From: Eledone cirrhosa
Taxonomy: Eukaryota
Direction of reading: 5' to 3'
DNA length: 64,000 nucleotides
Assembly (NCBI GenBank): GCA_964016885.1
Contig: OZ024740.1
Span: forward strand, 438,092,001-438,156,000
Of the stretch, positions 1-12,619 are shown in pieces. The position numbers and the translations under genes are program-made. The first letter of the stretch is position 1; each line of letters opens with the position of its first letter. The notes beneath the pieces were generated by a model. It was not told the origin of the DNA. It saw nothing but the letters and a program-made list of their open reading frames with translations, and ran no database searches.

Positions 1-779
1 CACCACCACCACCACCACCACTGACACCACTAATACCACCACTGACATCACCACCGCCACCACTGATACCACCATCACCAACACCACTGACACCACCAGC
101 ACTGATACCACCCCCACTGACACCACCACCACCACCACTGACACCACCACTACCACCACTGATACCACCACTGACACCACCACCACCACCACCACCACTG
201 ACACCACTAATACCACCACTGACACCACCACCGCCACCACTGATACCACCATCACCAACACCACTGACACCACCACTACCACCACTGATACCACCACCAC
301 CACCTTCACCATCACCACCACCACCACTGATACCACCACTGACACCACCACCACCACTGACACCACCACTACCACCACTGATACCACCACCACCACCTTC
401 ACCATCACCACCACCACCACTGATACCACCACTGACACCACCACCACCACCACTGACACCACCACTACCACCACTGATACCACCACTGACACCACTAATA
501 CCACCACTGACATCACCACCGCCACCACTGATACCACCATCACCAACACCACTGACACCACCAGCACTGATACCACCCCCACTGACACCACCACCACCAC
601 CACTGACACCACCACTACCACCACTGATACCACCACTGACACCACCACCACCACCACCACCACTGACACCACTAATACCACCACTGACACCACCACCGCC
701 ACCACTGATACCACCATCACCAACACCACTGACACCACCACCACCACCACTGACACCACCACCACCATTACTGACACTG
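1..779. repeat. (CAC/ACT)-based minisatellite with higher-order duplication
   Basis: CACCACCACTGA(C/T)A units; a diagnostic block near 22 recurs near 486. Confidence 0.9.
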
Positions 780-839
780 GTAGTAGTAGTAGTAGTAGCA
801 GTCACAGTGGTGGTAGTAGTAGTAGTAGTAGTAGTCACA

Positions 840-870
<31 letters not shown>

Positions 871-1033
871 CAGTAGTAGTAGTAGTAGTTGCAGCAGCAG
901 TCACAGTGGTGGTAGTAGTAGTAGTAACAGCAGCAGTCACAGTGGTGGTAGTATTAGTAGTAGTAGTAGTAGCAGCAGCAGCGGCAGTAGTAGTAGTAGC
1001 AGCAGCAGCAACAGTAGTAGTAGTAGTAGTAGT
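780..1033. repeat. (AGT)n/(AGC)n trinucleotide repeat
   Basis: Direct reading; explains the spurious poly-Val ORF 807..1049. Confidence 0.9.
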
Positions 1034-1055
1034 GTTTCCAATAATGTAATATTAC

Positions 1056-1087
1056 CATATCGTTATGTTCTGCTCATTAGCCGCCAT
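1056..1087 (-). CDS. Candidate first coding exon of an unknown host gene (MAANEQNITI...)
   Basis: Minus strand AAAATGGCGGCT (strong start context, YY1-like) then 32 nt and TG|GTAATA donor-like site; no homology recognised. Confidence 0.2.
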
Positions 1088-1182
1088 TTTAATATTCACC
1101 TATAATTAGTTAAAAACAAAACAATGACGGAGATAATTATTACTACTTAATTATCTCACTTCTAATGACGTAACTATCACCT

Positions 1183-1700
1183 GTGTATATAAATGTGTGT
1201 GTATATGTGTGTTTAAGTATCTATCTATACACAAACATTATATAAGTATGTATACGTATGTATTATTTATGTATATATATATATATGTGTGTGTGTATGT
1301 ATGTATGTAAGTATGTATCTATGCATGTATGTATGTATGCATATATTTTTGTAGATATATATGTATATATGCATGCACGTATGTATGAATGCATGTAAGC
1401 AGGTATCATGTTAGTATGTATATATAATTATATAAATATTTATATTTGTACGTATGTACTTACGTATTTATGTATGTGTGCATGTATTGTATGTATGTAT
1501 CTATGTATTTATTTATATAAATACATAAATCTATATGTATGTATATATGTATGTATATATGTATGTGTATACGTATGTATGTATATACATATGTACGTTT
1601 GCATGTTCGTACATGAATGTATATATGTATGTACATATGTATGTACATATGTATTAGTATGTTCGTATATCAATTTATATATGTATATATGTATGTGTGT
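1183..1700. repeat. Degenerate (TA)/(TG)/(TATG) microsatellite
   Basis: Direct reading. Confidence 0.9.
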
Positions 1701-2246
1701 GTTCATGTTAGTGTTTTCTGTTAGATGACATGGTTGCCTTTGGTTTTGTCTTTTCGCTGAAATCACATTTAGAGTTTATCATGCAAATATAGATCACGTG
1801 AAATGTAGATGTTGAATTATGGAATAGAGAGAGTCAGACAACATGGAAGGTAACACATGGAGTTTATTCTCTCTCAGAACTTTTCTGCAATGAAGAATAT
1901 TCATTTGGTTATACACCATAGAATATTTTTGTCAACTCTCCTATTGTTAATTTCTCTTAGGTTTATACAAATAGCCAAGGATCTCAATCAACGGGCTGCA
2001 CGCGTTAAATTATTTAATTTTATTACTTTCGTTTTCAAGTTCAAAGATGGCGGCGGGATTAGTTTTACCTGCCGTTATTCTCGGATTTCCGACTCCTAAT
2101 GTGTATCCGACTCTCTGTTTCATAGTCCCTCTTTGCATCAAACCTTTTGTGTGTACTCCATCGAATGCTTTGTGACTGCCTCAAACAATTCGATTATTAT
2201 CTGCTATATTGCGGCTACAATTTCGATTTATACCCATCATATATAT

Positions 2247-2410
2247 ATATTTAATATAGAAAAGGCTTCTACAGCCCCTGGCCTCCTGATGATTTCTCCC
2301 GAATGAAACAGTTCTAGTCCTGTAGAAGCCTTTTCTATATTAAATATTTATACTTTGTATTGAGCACCGTACTTACTGTGGTTACCCCCGATTGAACCCG
2401 GGATAAACTT
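2247..2410 (+). mobile_element. Small fold-back element (family B) with degenerate hammerhead core
   Basis: Inverted arms 2247-2274/2320-2347 around CTGATGA-tttc-tccc-gaat-GAAA-cagt-TC; stem I not formed; flanked by (TA)n; related copies at 8424-8482 and 8589-8650. Confidence 0.5.
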
Positions 2411-2568
2411 ATATATATATATATATTCAATGTGGTCTACCTTTCGTGGTAGGGTCTACTGTAATCTGTTAGCAAGTAGTTCAGTGAGATCCAGTGATTG
2501 GTGCCGTATTTCGCTGACTCAATCATTCAGATACAGAGTCTGATATATTTCATATTTTATAACAATGA

Positions 2569-3116
2569 CTAGCAGAAAAACCACCCTTCGGGTGGTTTTT
2601 CTGCCAGCATGTGTAGTGTGTATATTGATATTATACGCAAGTATATATACATGTAGATATAATACATCAAATAAAATCGTAATTGACAATATACACAGAA
2701 ATTGAACGAAGACTTTGTTACACTGTCTTATGTAATCAGTAACGTAATCCATGATACATTAAAAAAAGACGATAATATATATAAACTGCATTAGGAGAAA
2801 ATTAGTGACAGAAAATTAATGTTTATTTAAGCGAACGCCACCGGAAGTGTTGACATTTAAAAATGTTTAAGAAGTGAATCTTTAAATAAATAATAAAATA
2901 TATTTAATGAACAGCCACGAAATTTAGTATATACATTATATAATATTCATTCATTATTTATTCAAAGTAATCCAACTTATTTTACTAATGGGATAAAAAA
3001 TGATAAACCGTACACGGTGCCCCGCTTCTTACTTTATTATAGTTTAGATAACAAAAGCATGTTATCTTACGTATGTAAAATAACTTGCCGTTGTTATCAT
3101 TGTTATCATTGTTAGA
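2569..3116 (-). mobile_element. Candidate non-autonomous Helitron
   Basis: Minus strand begins A|TCTA at 3116 and ends with a 15-bp hairpin (2572-2604) running into CTAG|T. Confidence 0.4.
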
Positions 3117-3148
3117 TAATATATATATACACACATACACACACCCAC

Positions 3149-3209
<61 letters not shown>

Positions 3210-3220
3210 CATATACACAT

Positions 3221-3272
<52 letters not shown>

Positions 3273-3363
3273 CAAAGGAAATGTGGGAAGGAACCAGGTG
3301 GACCATAACGCACCAAAGTACTCAATACTTGGGGTAGTAGAGTGGGTAATAGGAACCAGTAAG

Positions 3364-3457
3364 ACCCCGACGGCTGAGCTCAAGCCGTTTCGACGGCTAA
3401 TTCTGGACTAAATGAAAATTTATCCTGGTATTTAAATAGCCGATCTTCTCAAGGGGT
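3364..3457 (-). ncRNA. Type I hammerhead ribozyme, U3-A8 variant (family C)
   Basis: ACCCC-TTGAGAA-GA(t)CGGCTA...TAGCCGTC-GAAA-CGGC-ttgagctca-GCCG-TC|GGGGT; three stems and GUC site. Confidence 0.8.
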
Positions 3458-4544
3458 AATTCCATATATGGTCAAAGTGATTGTCAAAAGTCAGTAGTAA
3501 TTCTGTGATTGCAAATTAGTAGGGGAGATGGTGGCTAAACCTGCCAGTAGGAGAAAGAGGGGAGGGGGTGGAGTAGACCCAATCAAGCGTTGGTAGTGCC
3601 AGCTACAGCTGGTCAAAGAAGATACTGGGGAGGGGAAGGGAGGAAGTCGGAACGGTAGGTAGAACAATGAGGGGTAAAAATATATATGAAAGAAAAAATA
3701 CTGAGAGTGAAGAAAAGCGAATAAGTGTAAAGAAAAAAGTAAAGCAAGTTCTACGACCTAAGTCTCTAGCTATTGTTAGGCTAGATAAATAAATAAAGAA
3801 AGAAAGAAAGAAGTAAAGAAAGAAATAAAGAAATAACGAAATAAGTAAATGAACTAGGTGGGACGGAATAGGCAAGGACCCTTTTAAGAGGTATAAGTAC
3901 ATAAATCATACGGTGACGGGTCAACAAATGGGGCCAAAATACTAAAGAGACTACCACGAAATAAATAATAAAGGTTTCTATCCCGGGCACAATGCCAGCA
4001 ACCACCCAGTGCAGCAAAGTAAACTAGTACGAGATAATAATTCTGAGTCCCGAAAAAAATATATTCTAATGCTAACTCTAAAAGATCTTAAACAAGCTAC
4101 ATGAAAGTTCGTACGAAGTAAAGGTAGAATACGGAAAAATAAATTCTGAATCCACCCCGCCCAAAAGAAAAGCGAAGAAAGAAATACTGAAACGAGAAAA
4201 TAAGGCATAAGTGCCACTAAGAAATATAGAAGGCACGGAAAATAGTGGGAGCGGTCGGAAAAAGGGGGCAAGTATCCGGGGTCTAAACCAACTGCTATAA
4301 AAAGCGGAGTCCGCCAAATCTATCATAGACTAGGGGAGGGGGTGGGGGTACTAAGGCTACAAGGGGCCAAAGGGCAGCCTCGGGTGGGCGAGAAAAGACG
4401 CCGACAAAGAAGAAGAGCTGGGGTAGAAGGACTAAGGAGGGATGGGGGGAAGGAAATAAAGGAAGCGATAAAAGAATAAAAAGAAGATCTTACCTCTCCC
4501 TTGGCAAGCAGGGGTTACCCATTGCAAAATCGGCAAGTGGGGTG

Positions 4545-5832
4545 TTATAGCCCTAGTCTACCCCCCCCCGGATCATTATGGGGTTTGAGGGCGAGGTAAG
4601 TCCTACGCAATCTATGTTTACATGCAGTAACCAGTTCATCTTTCTTGTTTAGGAGTTGGTCCGTCGAAAACAGCATTTGTAAAGTTTCCTCCGAGCATAA
4701 ATTGCACGGACGGCGTCCTCCCGTGTAAGAATTGGCTCTGGACAGTAATCTCCAAGTGAGATCATAGGTGATGTTGTTGTCCTTGAGGTCCCATATGTGG
4801 CCCGAAAGTGTAGTGGCGTGACGCCGGGCCGGGTTTCGGAAGGTATGTCTATGTTGGTATAGCCGGGTCTTGAAGTCACATGCGGTAAGTCCTATATAGG
4901 CTTTGTTGGAGGTATCCGTCCTCACGTTGTACTGGCAGATCACATTACGGTCTCTGCATCTATTGTCGAGTGGGCAAATGGATCTATCCGGACAGTTACA
5001 CCTCCTGGTCGGTTCTCCACTGCTATTTAGGTTATTTCTGCCATCGGGGTTGAGTTTTTTGTTGTTAGAGGAGACGATGTTTTGTGCGAAGTTTGGTGTA
5101 GTGCTGTAAGAGAGTTTGATGGTATTTTTGTTAATTATGTTGTGGTAGCGGTGTTGTAGTGGGAAGTGTTTTTCAATGAGCCTAAAGAATAGTTTCCCGA
5201 TGGGAATTGTCACCTCTGCGTTGTGGGGAGGATTGAACCATGTTACATTGCGTGAGCGGCGGTATCTCCTGCTGGTTCCGCTAATGGGAGCTGGACAGTA
5301 GGATATTTCCTCCCGGAAACCACTCCGCTTGAGGGCCTGGTTGTAATAAGGCGCATGTTCATCGAATATCCGCTCATTAGCTGACAAACGGGATATGCGG
5401 AGGGAGATGTTTTTGACCAGGTTGTTTGTGATGTTCCTAGGATGGTTTGATCGGCGGTGGATGTAGTGCAGGTTGTCATTAGGTTTCCTGTATGGGTAGT
5501 ACAGGTCGTTTTCGAGGTCGAGGGTCACGTCCAGGAAGTTTACTCGGGTCAGGGACGTTTGTAGGGTTATTTTAAATCCCCAGTTGCGGAAGAAGCTGAT
5601 TAATTGTTTCCGGACCCGATCTGTACTACTGGGGTTGTATCCTTTAAGGGTAAGGAGCCCATCATCACGGTACAATCCACCACCGAATGCAGGAAACATA
5701 TCAGTGAGTTTGGCTATTAGGAATAATCCTATAAGATCTGTGACCTCCGCCGAATCCGTGGCGCCCATGCTGACGTCGAAGGGTGAGTCGGGAGCTCTTT
5801 TTATCCATTTAGAGTCGTCAAAGAGTAAGACA
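4545..5832 (-). CDS. PLE reverse transcriptase (C-terminal half) plus GIY-YIG endonuclease, 5'-truncated
   Basis: MGATDSAEV, GLYRDDGL, NFLDVTLDL, HPRNI, CNC..CPL...C linker, AYIGLT...FKTRLYQH, CNLCSEE; frame stays open upstream of the annotated Met to about 5832. Confidence 0.92.
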
Positions 5833-6007
5833 ATAAATTCATACAGTTCGACATAGAGAGCTACTATGCTTCAATCACCTTACCGCTACTTACTGCCTCC
5901 TTGGACTTCGCCGAAACACTTGTGCCCATCACCGACCAGGAAAGAAAAATCATCCTCCACGCCAGGAAGACAGTCTTACTCTTTGACGACTCTAAATGGA
6001 TAAAAAG
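5833..6007 (+). pseudogene. Inverted upstream RT segment of the same PLE
   Basis: Reads NKFIQFDIESYYASITL...ILHARKTVLLFDDSKWIK; last about 35 nt are an inverted duplicate of about 5798-5832. Confidence 0.85.
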
Positions 6008-6554
6008 TAGTATGGGGAGCAGAGAGAAGGAGCGTAAAAGTAAGAGAGAGAGAGAGAGAGAGGGGGAGAGAAAGGGAAAGAAAGAAAGAAAGAAAGTGAA
6101 AGAGTTAATAGCAACAAAGTAGATGGAGAGAAAGAAAGAACAGGTCACAGTAAAAAATTAATAAAAATTTGGAAGAAAGAGGGAACTGTGTGGTACTTGA
6201 TAAAGTGTATATAAAAATAAAAGGAAAGCACAAGAGGGAGACAATCCCTTCATCAGTTGTATGCTGCAGATAACGGACATTTCAATGCATTAAAGACAAT
6301 ATGTCTTACTCCAGTGCGTCAATAACTTGTGGAAGTTATTGGGGTAAAAAGGAGAGAAATGAAAAATTAAACACATCTTCAATTTTTTGGGTTGCGTGCT
6401 TTTGTTGAATTATTTGACAGGAGCTTAAAATACGTGGTGGTAGTATGGTGGTGGTGGTGGTGTTGGTAGTAGTCGTGGTGTAGTGGATGATTATTTTGAA
6501 TTTTTTTATTTATCTATTTATCTATCTATATAATACTAAAAGTTTATGATTGCT

Positions 6555-6776
6555 TGCTTACTAGCTTGTCTGTAATGTAATACAGCCAAAAGGGCGCATA
6601 ATGGGAAAATACTCCGAAAGAAAGTTGACCCTGAAATGGGGATACATATAGAATAAAACAAGTTTCGCGTAAATCGAAGCACGGGATCCCGAGATATGGG
6701 GTTTTTCCGGGTACCTTCATAAACAGAGAGAGAGAAGGATCGAGAGAAAGAGATAGTGGTTGTGAAAGAGTAGATT

Positions 6777-6849
<73 letters not shown>

Positions 6850-7003
6850 TGATGTTGTTGTATATATATATATATATATATATATGAGTGTGTGTGTGTC
6901 TATGACCAGTGTATATATGGATCACAGACACCCACATATATATACACACACATGCATATATATGTGTATACACACACACATTTATATATATACATACACA
7001 CAC

Positions 7004-7045
<42 letters not shown>

Positions 7046-7500
7046 ACCTTCCAGTTTCATTTCACATTATATACATGTCTGTGTATATTTTAATTATTTA
7101 AAAATTATTTTTAAGTGAACATGACCCAACGGGTCACGGGTGGTATATTAGTAAAACTCTCTGATTGTGTCTTGTCTGTAATGGAATATAGCCAAAACGG
7201 CGCATAATATGAAAATATATTGAAAGGAAGTTACCCTTGAAATGAGAATACAAATGGAATAAATAAGGTTTCGCGTAAAGCGGAGCACAGATTCCTGAGA
7301 TACGGGGTGTTTCTGTGTACCTTTATAAATAGAGAGAAAGATAGAGAGAAAGATAGAGAGAAAGAGATAATAATTGGAAGAGAGTATATTGAAAGAAAGA
7401 CACGTTTGTTTATATTTTAATTATTTGAAAATTATTTTTAAGTGAAGATGATTTAAAAAAAATATTTTTAAGTGAACGTGACCGAACGGGTCAAAGGTTG
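6555..7500. repeat. Two diverged direct copies of an unclassified repeat (about 6555-6780 and 7165-7395; also 7080-7140 and 7405-7500)
   Basis: Shared CTTGTCTGTAATG...GCGCATAAT...TTTCGCGTAAA...GTACCTT blocks. Confidence 0.65.
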
Positions 7501-7671
7501 TAACTAAAAAGAGGTAACGTTTCAATGGGAAGGAACAATCTGAACGATAATTATAACTTTTAAAGTTATTTTTAATATCAGTGATTATATCAAAATCCCC
7601 GGAGATATCACAATGCTGGCGTTTGCTAAATCTTGCCATATGTGTATATTTTAGTCACACTCAAATAACGT

Positions 7672-7756
<85 letters not shown>

Positions 7757-8289
7757 CTCTATATTCTACTCTGAAACTTTATCGTGACTATCTATAATAC
7801 ACTTAAACTTTTTCATAAAAGCCTCCCTCTGTAAATTCTTTAACTAAATCTCACAAATTTAAACCTAAACCTTATATTTCTAATTTCACCTTAAATGGCA
7901 TCTTTTAACTCTAAACATAAATTTAACGTTTCTAATTGTTAATCGTAATTTCTGTCCATACATTATACCATGCAGACGCCCACTATATATTACTATATAT
8001 AGCTTTGTTAAAGATATATGTTCTTTGAAAAAATATTTTTCGCCGCACTTTCTAGCACTCATGACCAGCTTGATTATAACCTGATCTCAACGCTGGCCTG
8101 TCTTTGACGGGGTGGTAGTAGTACACTATAATCCTACGCCCCGTCACCAGATGGACATAAGTAGGCTTAATAAACACCACTTGAGGACGGCCGACCGGAG
8201 TAGAAGCTGGTAAATGTTCGGTCGCTCTCATGTCTCTGATTTTTCAGCCCTATGGATTTTGTCTATTATATTTCTTTGTTATATTTCGA

Positions 8290-8347
8290 ATACCTGATGA
8301 TGTCACCGGATTCATACTGAACCCGGTCATTGAAATGATCATAATAT
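8290..8347 (+). ncRNA. Decayed minimal hammerhead (family F)
   Basis: atac-CTGATGA-stem II (accgg..ttca tac tgaa..ccggt)-GAAA-TGATCA-TA|atat; palindromic stem III; first stem I pair mismatched. Confidence 0.5.
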
Positions 8348-8391
8348 AATAAACCTTTTAAGGAATTACACCAGTCCAGCCTCCTGTTATT

Positions 8392-8423
<32 letters not shown>

Positions 8424-8429
<6 letters not shown>

Positions 8430-8481
8430 ATATAAATGAAACAGTTCTAATCATCTAGAAGCTATTTCTATATTAAACTTG

Positions 8482-8579
<98 letters not shown>

Positions 8580-8650
8580 TGAGATAGAAAGTTTAATATA
8601 GAAATAGCTTCTGCAGGATTAGAACTGTTTCATTTATATCATCAATATAT
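8424..8650. mobile_element. Tail-to-tail inverted pair of family B fragments around (TA)n(GA)n
   Basis: 8424-8482 is the near reverse complement of 8589-8650; both match 2303-2347. Confidence 0.7.
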
Positions 8651-8937
8651 ATATTATCTGGATGCGCACCTATAAATTATGAGTTTGAATCACACCGAAA
8701 TTAATTTGATTTATTGTGCAAACAACGTTTCCTATATTTTAAGGGCTCACATATATGTTATGGGTTGGACTCTAGCTGAGGTCAAAATTATCTTTGATAT
8801 GAGAACAAACGTATCTTTTGACCTTTACTTCAAATATTAAACTCTATTTAATCTTTGGTTAAATATTTTTCCTATTTTTCAAATATATTGAAACGTCCCT
8901 CAAGGTAGCGTTGCTATAATAATACTAGCGTTGCTAT

Positions 8938-9178
8938 AAAAATACTAACTATGAACAATAGGGTTTGCCAGACTCAATTTAAAAGAATAAATTAAGAAAA
9001 AAAATACAAACCGAAATTGTGACAACTATCAAACACCCAGACAGCTTTTAGTAATGCTGTTTCGCAATTTAGTGAAAGGTTGTTTGATAGTTGTCACAAT
9101 TTCGGTTTGTATTTTTTTTTCTTAATTTATTCTTTTAAATTGAGTCTGGCAAACCCTATTGTTCATGGTTAGTATTTT
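8938..9178. mobile_element. Fold-back element (family G), about 98-bp arms, spacer holds a hammerhead 3' half
   Basis: Arms 8938-9035/9081-9178; minus-strand spacer GAAA-CAGC-loop-GCTG-TC (9063-9040). Confidence 0.7.
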
Positions 9179-9256
9179 TTTCACCCTAGCGAATCTGGCC
9201 CCTTACGATTTGAACACATATATGTATATATCTGTGTTTATCTCTCTTTTATATTC

Positions 9257-9317
<61 letters not shown>

Positions 9318-9942
9318 CTCTCCTTTTTTACCCCCCCCCCTTCTCATACTATTAAGGCATCTACTCTCCTGCCACTCCCTCTATTTTCATGCTTTCTATC
9401 TCGCCCTCTACATTTCTCCTCAATTTTCTCCACAATTTTTAGTTAATCTTAACTTTCGACCCGTCGGCTTTATTTATATATTAATATCTTCTGTAACTAG
9501 AATCAGATATTCACCACTCATAGTCTGACAGGACCCGCTGGAAGGAGTGTTTGAGGACTCCTGGCTCCATAACTCTTTCAGGAATACATGGACGAAGAAG
9601 AAGAAGAAAAAGATACTCACTACTCATATTTTCAAATCTTTCAGAACATATAACCATGTCTTTCTTTTACCTTGCAATTGCATTTCTATTTAAAGTTATT
9701 TTCCTTCAGTTTCTCTGTAAGTTAAAAAGAAGTTTCCAGAAATAATACCCCAGAAATATATATATCACACTTAGGACATCATCTGTTGTCAAACGTAAGA
9801 AAAATCTGAGGGCGACAGAGAGAGATGCTCATGTTCAATTTTATGTAGAATGTTCAACAATAGGAAGCTCCTGAGATATCTTTATTTATGAACCTACTGG
9901 CAAAAACGAAAAGCATTGTACCTACTAAGATACTGACCAAAT

Positions 9943-10125
9943 AATTGTTTCTACTTTTAGCACAAGGCCAGCATTTATCCCAGTGTATTACTGGTACTTT
10001 ATTTTATCGACCCTGTAAGGATGAAAGGCAAAGTTGACCTCAGCGAGATTTGAACTCAGATCATAAAGGGGCGTAACTCTATGCTGCAAAGCATAGCGTT
10101 CGACCCTCTACTGATACTGCCAATC
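9943..10125 (-). mobile_element. tRNA-derived SINE (octopod-type family)
   Basis: Reverse complement of ATTGGCAGTATCGGTAGAG...GAGTTCAAATC...TTTGCCTTTCATCC...AAAGTACCAGTAAT...GGCCTTGTGC..AAAGTAGAAAC. Confidence 0.85.
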
Positions 10126-10282
10126 TGATATTGACATAATAATATTCAGAATTCCTGACGTTACCATGTTGACATATGTAATTATAGAAAGCTGAGATTT
10201 CTAGAAATTCATAATGCAATTTCTTTATATTTTCAAGTAGTGTTTCTGCCCAGTTATAATATTTGATGTCTAGGTTAATGTT

Positions 10283-10368
10283 TCCACACGTCTTTCCACA
10301 CGTCTTCCACACGTCTTCCACACGTCTTTCCACACGTCTTTCCACACTTCTTTCCACACGTCTTTCCA
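10283..10368. repeat. 11-12 bp tandem repeat (TCCACACGTCTT)
   Basis: About 7 units. Confidence 0.9.
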
Positions 10369-10561
10369 TATGTCTCAAGAATAATGTTAATTCAATGGTG
10401 GTTTACATCCATCTTTACGTTCCAGTTTCAAATAATTTTTTAAATAATTCAAGAAAAAAAGATAAAATATTATACTCAATAATAGTTTAAATTAAGATAA
10501 ATACATACACACATACATATATACATACATATATGCCCTAACATGTATATACATAAATATA

Positions 10562-10945
10562 TGGTGGCTGCCAACTCGTTTTCGAGTACGGCCACTACTT
10601 TATATCCATGTAGGCGAACCCCTGCCGATGCGCTGAACGAGTGTGACTTTTTAGTCCAGCCAGCGACTTGAAAACTCTGGTACAAACACTACACTTGTAA
10701 CAATTATTGACACATAGAGAGATCTCCAGATATAAAGCAATGCCTGTGCCGTGAAGCTTTTATAGTGAGCAAAGGCACTGCACAAAGCCAGTCCCACTCT
10801 CTTAACCAAGATGATATTTACCAAAAAGAAGAACAAGTCAACATCATTGGATACCATCAGGGTTGCAGGTGTTATATCAGAGTTTTCCTTCTCCTAGAAT
10901 TCTGCCTTGACAACGGCTAAGGGGTCATCTCTCCCGGTGATTTTG
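10562..10945 (-). mobile_element. RTE-derived non-autonomous element (5' UTR joined to 3' end)
   Basis: CTAGGAGAAGGAAAACTCTG RTE-type 5' motif; terminus similar to the RTE end at 18140. Confidence 0.55.
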
Positions 10946-10980
10946 TATAAATATATACATACATACATACATATATACAT

Positions 10981-12603
10981 AAAGCGGGGAAAAACAACAA
11001 CCCGATCTTGCAATATTTTCAGCAATGGCCTAACTGTTTCACCGATATCTGATGAGGACTGCTACAGATACCTGGGGATAGATGAGAACATATCCTATAA
11101 TGGAATCTGTAATAAGGAACGCGTAACCAGGGAATATTACACCCGATTAAGAAAAATATGATCATCGAAACTCTCTGTGCACAATAACTGTGGCTCACAA
11201 TGTGTTTGCTGTGCTTGTCCTAACACCAACGTTTGGAATACTCAATTGGACGATAGACGGAATCCGAGAAATTGATGTTAGAACTCGAAAAATACTAAAC
11301 AACACCGGAAACTTCCACATCAACAGTGACATAGACCGCCTTTACTTGAAACGTAAGCAGCAAGACAGAGGCCTAACATCAGTCGAGACAGCATTTGAAT
11401 GTCGCATCATTTCTCTCCGACAACATTTACGAACCTCGAAGCGTAAGAGCCCATCTATCGAGCAAGTCTATCTGCATGAAACAGATAAGATCATGAGAGT
11501 TGGGAAGGAACTCCTTGAGAGATATTCCCTGTGTGATAATCAAAAACTCACACCCAGGCTATCGCAGGGAATCCATGGATGAAAAACTGCATGCTTACCA
11601 GCAAAACATCATACATGGATATGTTGCCAGGAAGCTCCAGAGTGAGAGTAATATAGATAAAGAAAATAATCTATCTTGGACCAACAGCCGTTATATTGGC
11701 TCCCACTTTGAAGGATACACTTTTGCAATCCAAGAACAGGAAATCAACACAAAATACCTGATTCACAAAAGAGATAGGGATGCAGGCAAAACACCTAGAT
11801 GTGATAACAAGTGCAGACTCTGCAGAACTAACATCGAGGATATCACCCATGTCATCAGCAGATGTTCAAAGATGTCATCACGCTACTGTCTACCTATGAG
11901 GCATGATGTAGTGGCCAAAACACTGTACAATGCAATCCGTAGAAAAGATAGCCCGATAATAAACACATTAAAAGCTACAGCAATGTGGAAGACATACATA
12001 TACATAATATGAAAGAGTACCGGTGGAATGTTCCAGTAAAAACCCCAAGAAAATGCAGGCATAACAGACCAGATATTATGATATGGGACAGGAAGAAGAA
12101 AACATGCACAGTAGTGGAAATTAGCTGCCCAACAGAGGCCAATATAATATCAAAGATTAGCGAAAAGGAAAATATTTATGCAGAACTAATGAGAAATCTG
12201 CAGATACTCCACCCTGACGATACCTGTGATTATTGGGGTACTGGGATATTATAATAACTGCCTCAATACAAATCTTGAGAAGCTGGGCTTCACAGGAACA
12301 GAAAGAACACAACTAGTTAGGAAATTACAAGTACAATCCATTAATGGAACAGTAAAATATGTAAAACATTCCAAAAATTTTGCATCTAATAACTGCATAT
12401 ACACATGTACAGATACAAAGCATATACACATGCACACATACAACTCAAAGCATCCACATCCACACATACAATAACATCCATACCTACACACACACATAAA
12501 CACATGCAGAGATGCAGACATACCTACCTGGTTGGTCTTGTTTAAATTTCAATGAGAGAGTCTTGTAACTATGTTAGAAGCCCACTCTCTCTCTATTGGT
12601 AAA
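10981..12603 (+). mobile_element. 5'-truncated R4/Dong-like RLE LINE, same family as 13683-17700
   Basis: Frameshifted RT thumb, CRLC...H...C knuckle, RHD, RPD, VEI; near-identical to 16031-17672; (TACA)n flanks. Confidence 0.9.
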
Positions 12604-12619
12604 CATACATACATACATG

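Larger units (their letters stand above)
3271..6007 (-). mobile_element. 5'-truncated Penelope-like element (Nematis-type) with 3' pseudo-LTR and 5' inversion
   Basis: RT/GIY-YIG ORF, about 1.1 kb 3' region, HHR-containing terminus ending in (TA)n. Confidence 0.9.

Noticed and set aside
2572-2604. Rho-independent terminator-like hairpin
   Set aside because: Not a bacterial sequence; better explained as a Helitron-type terminal hairpin next to CTAG.
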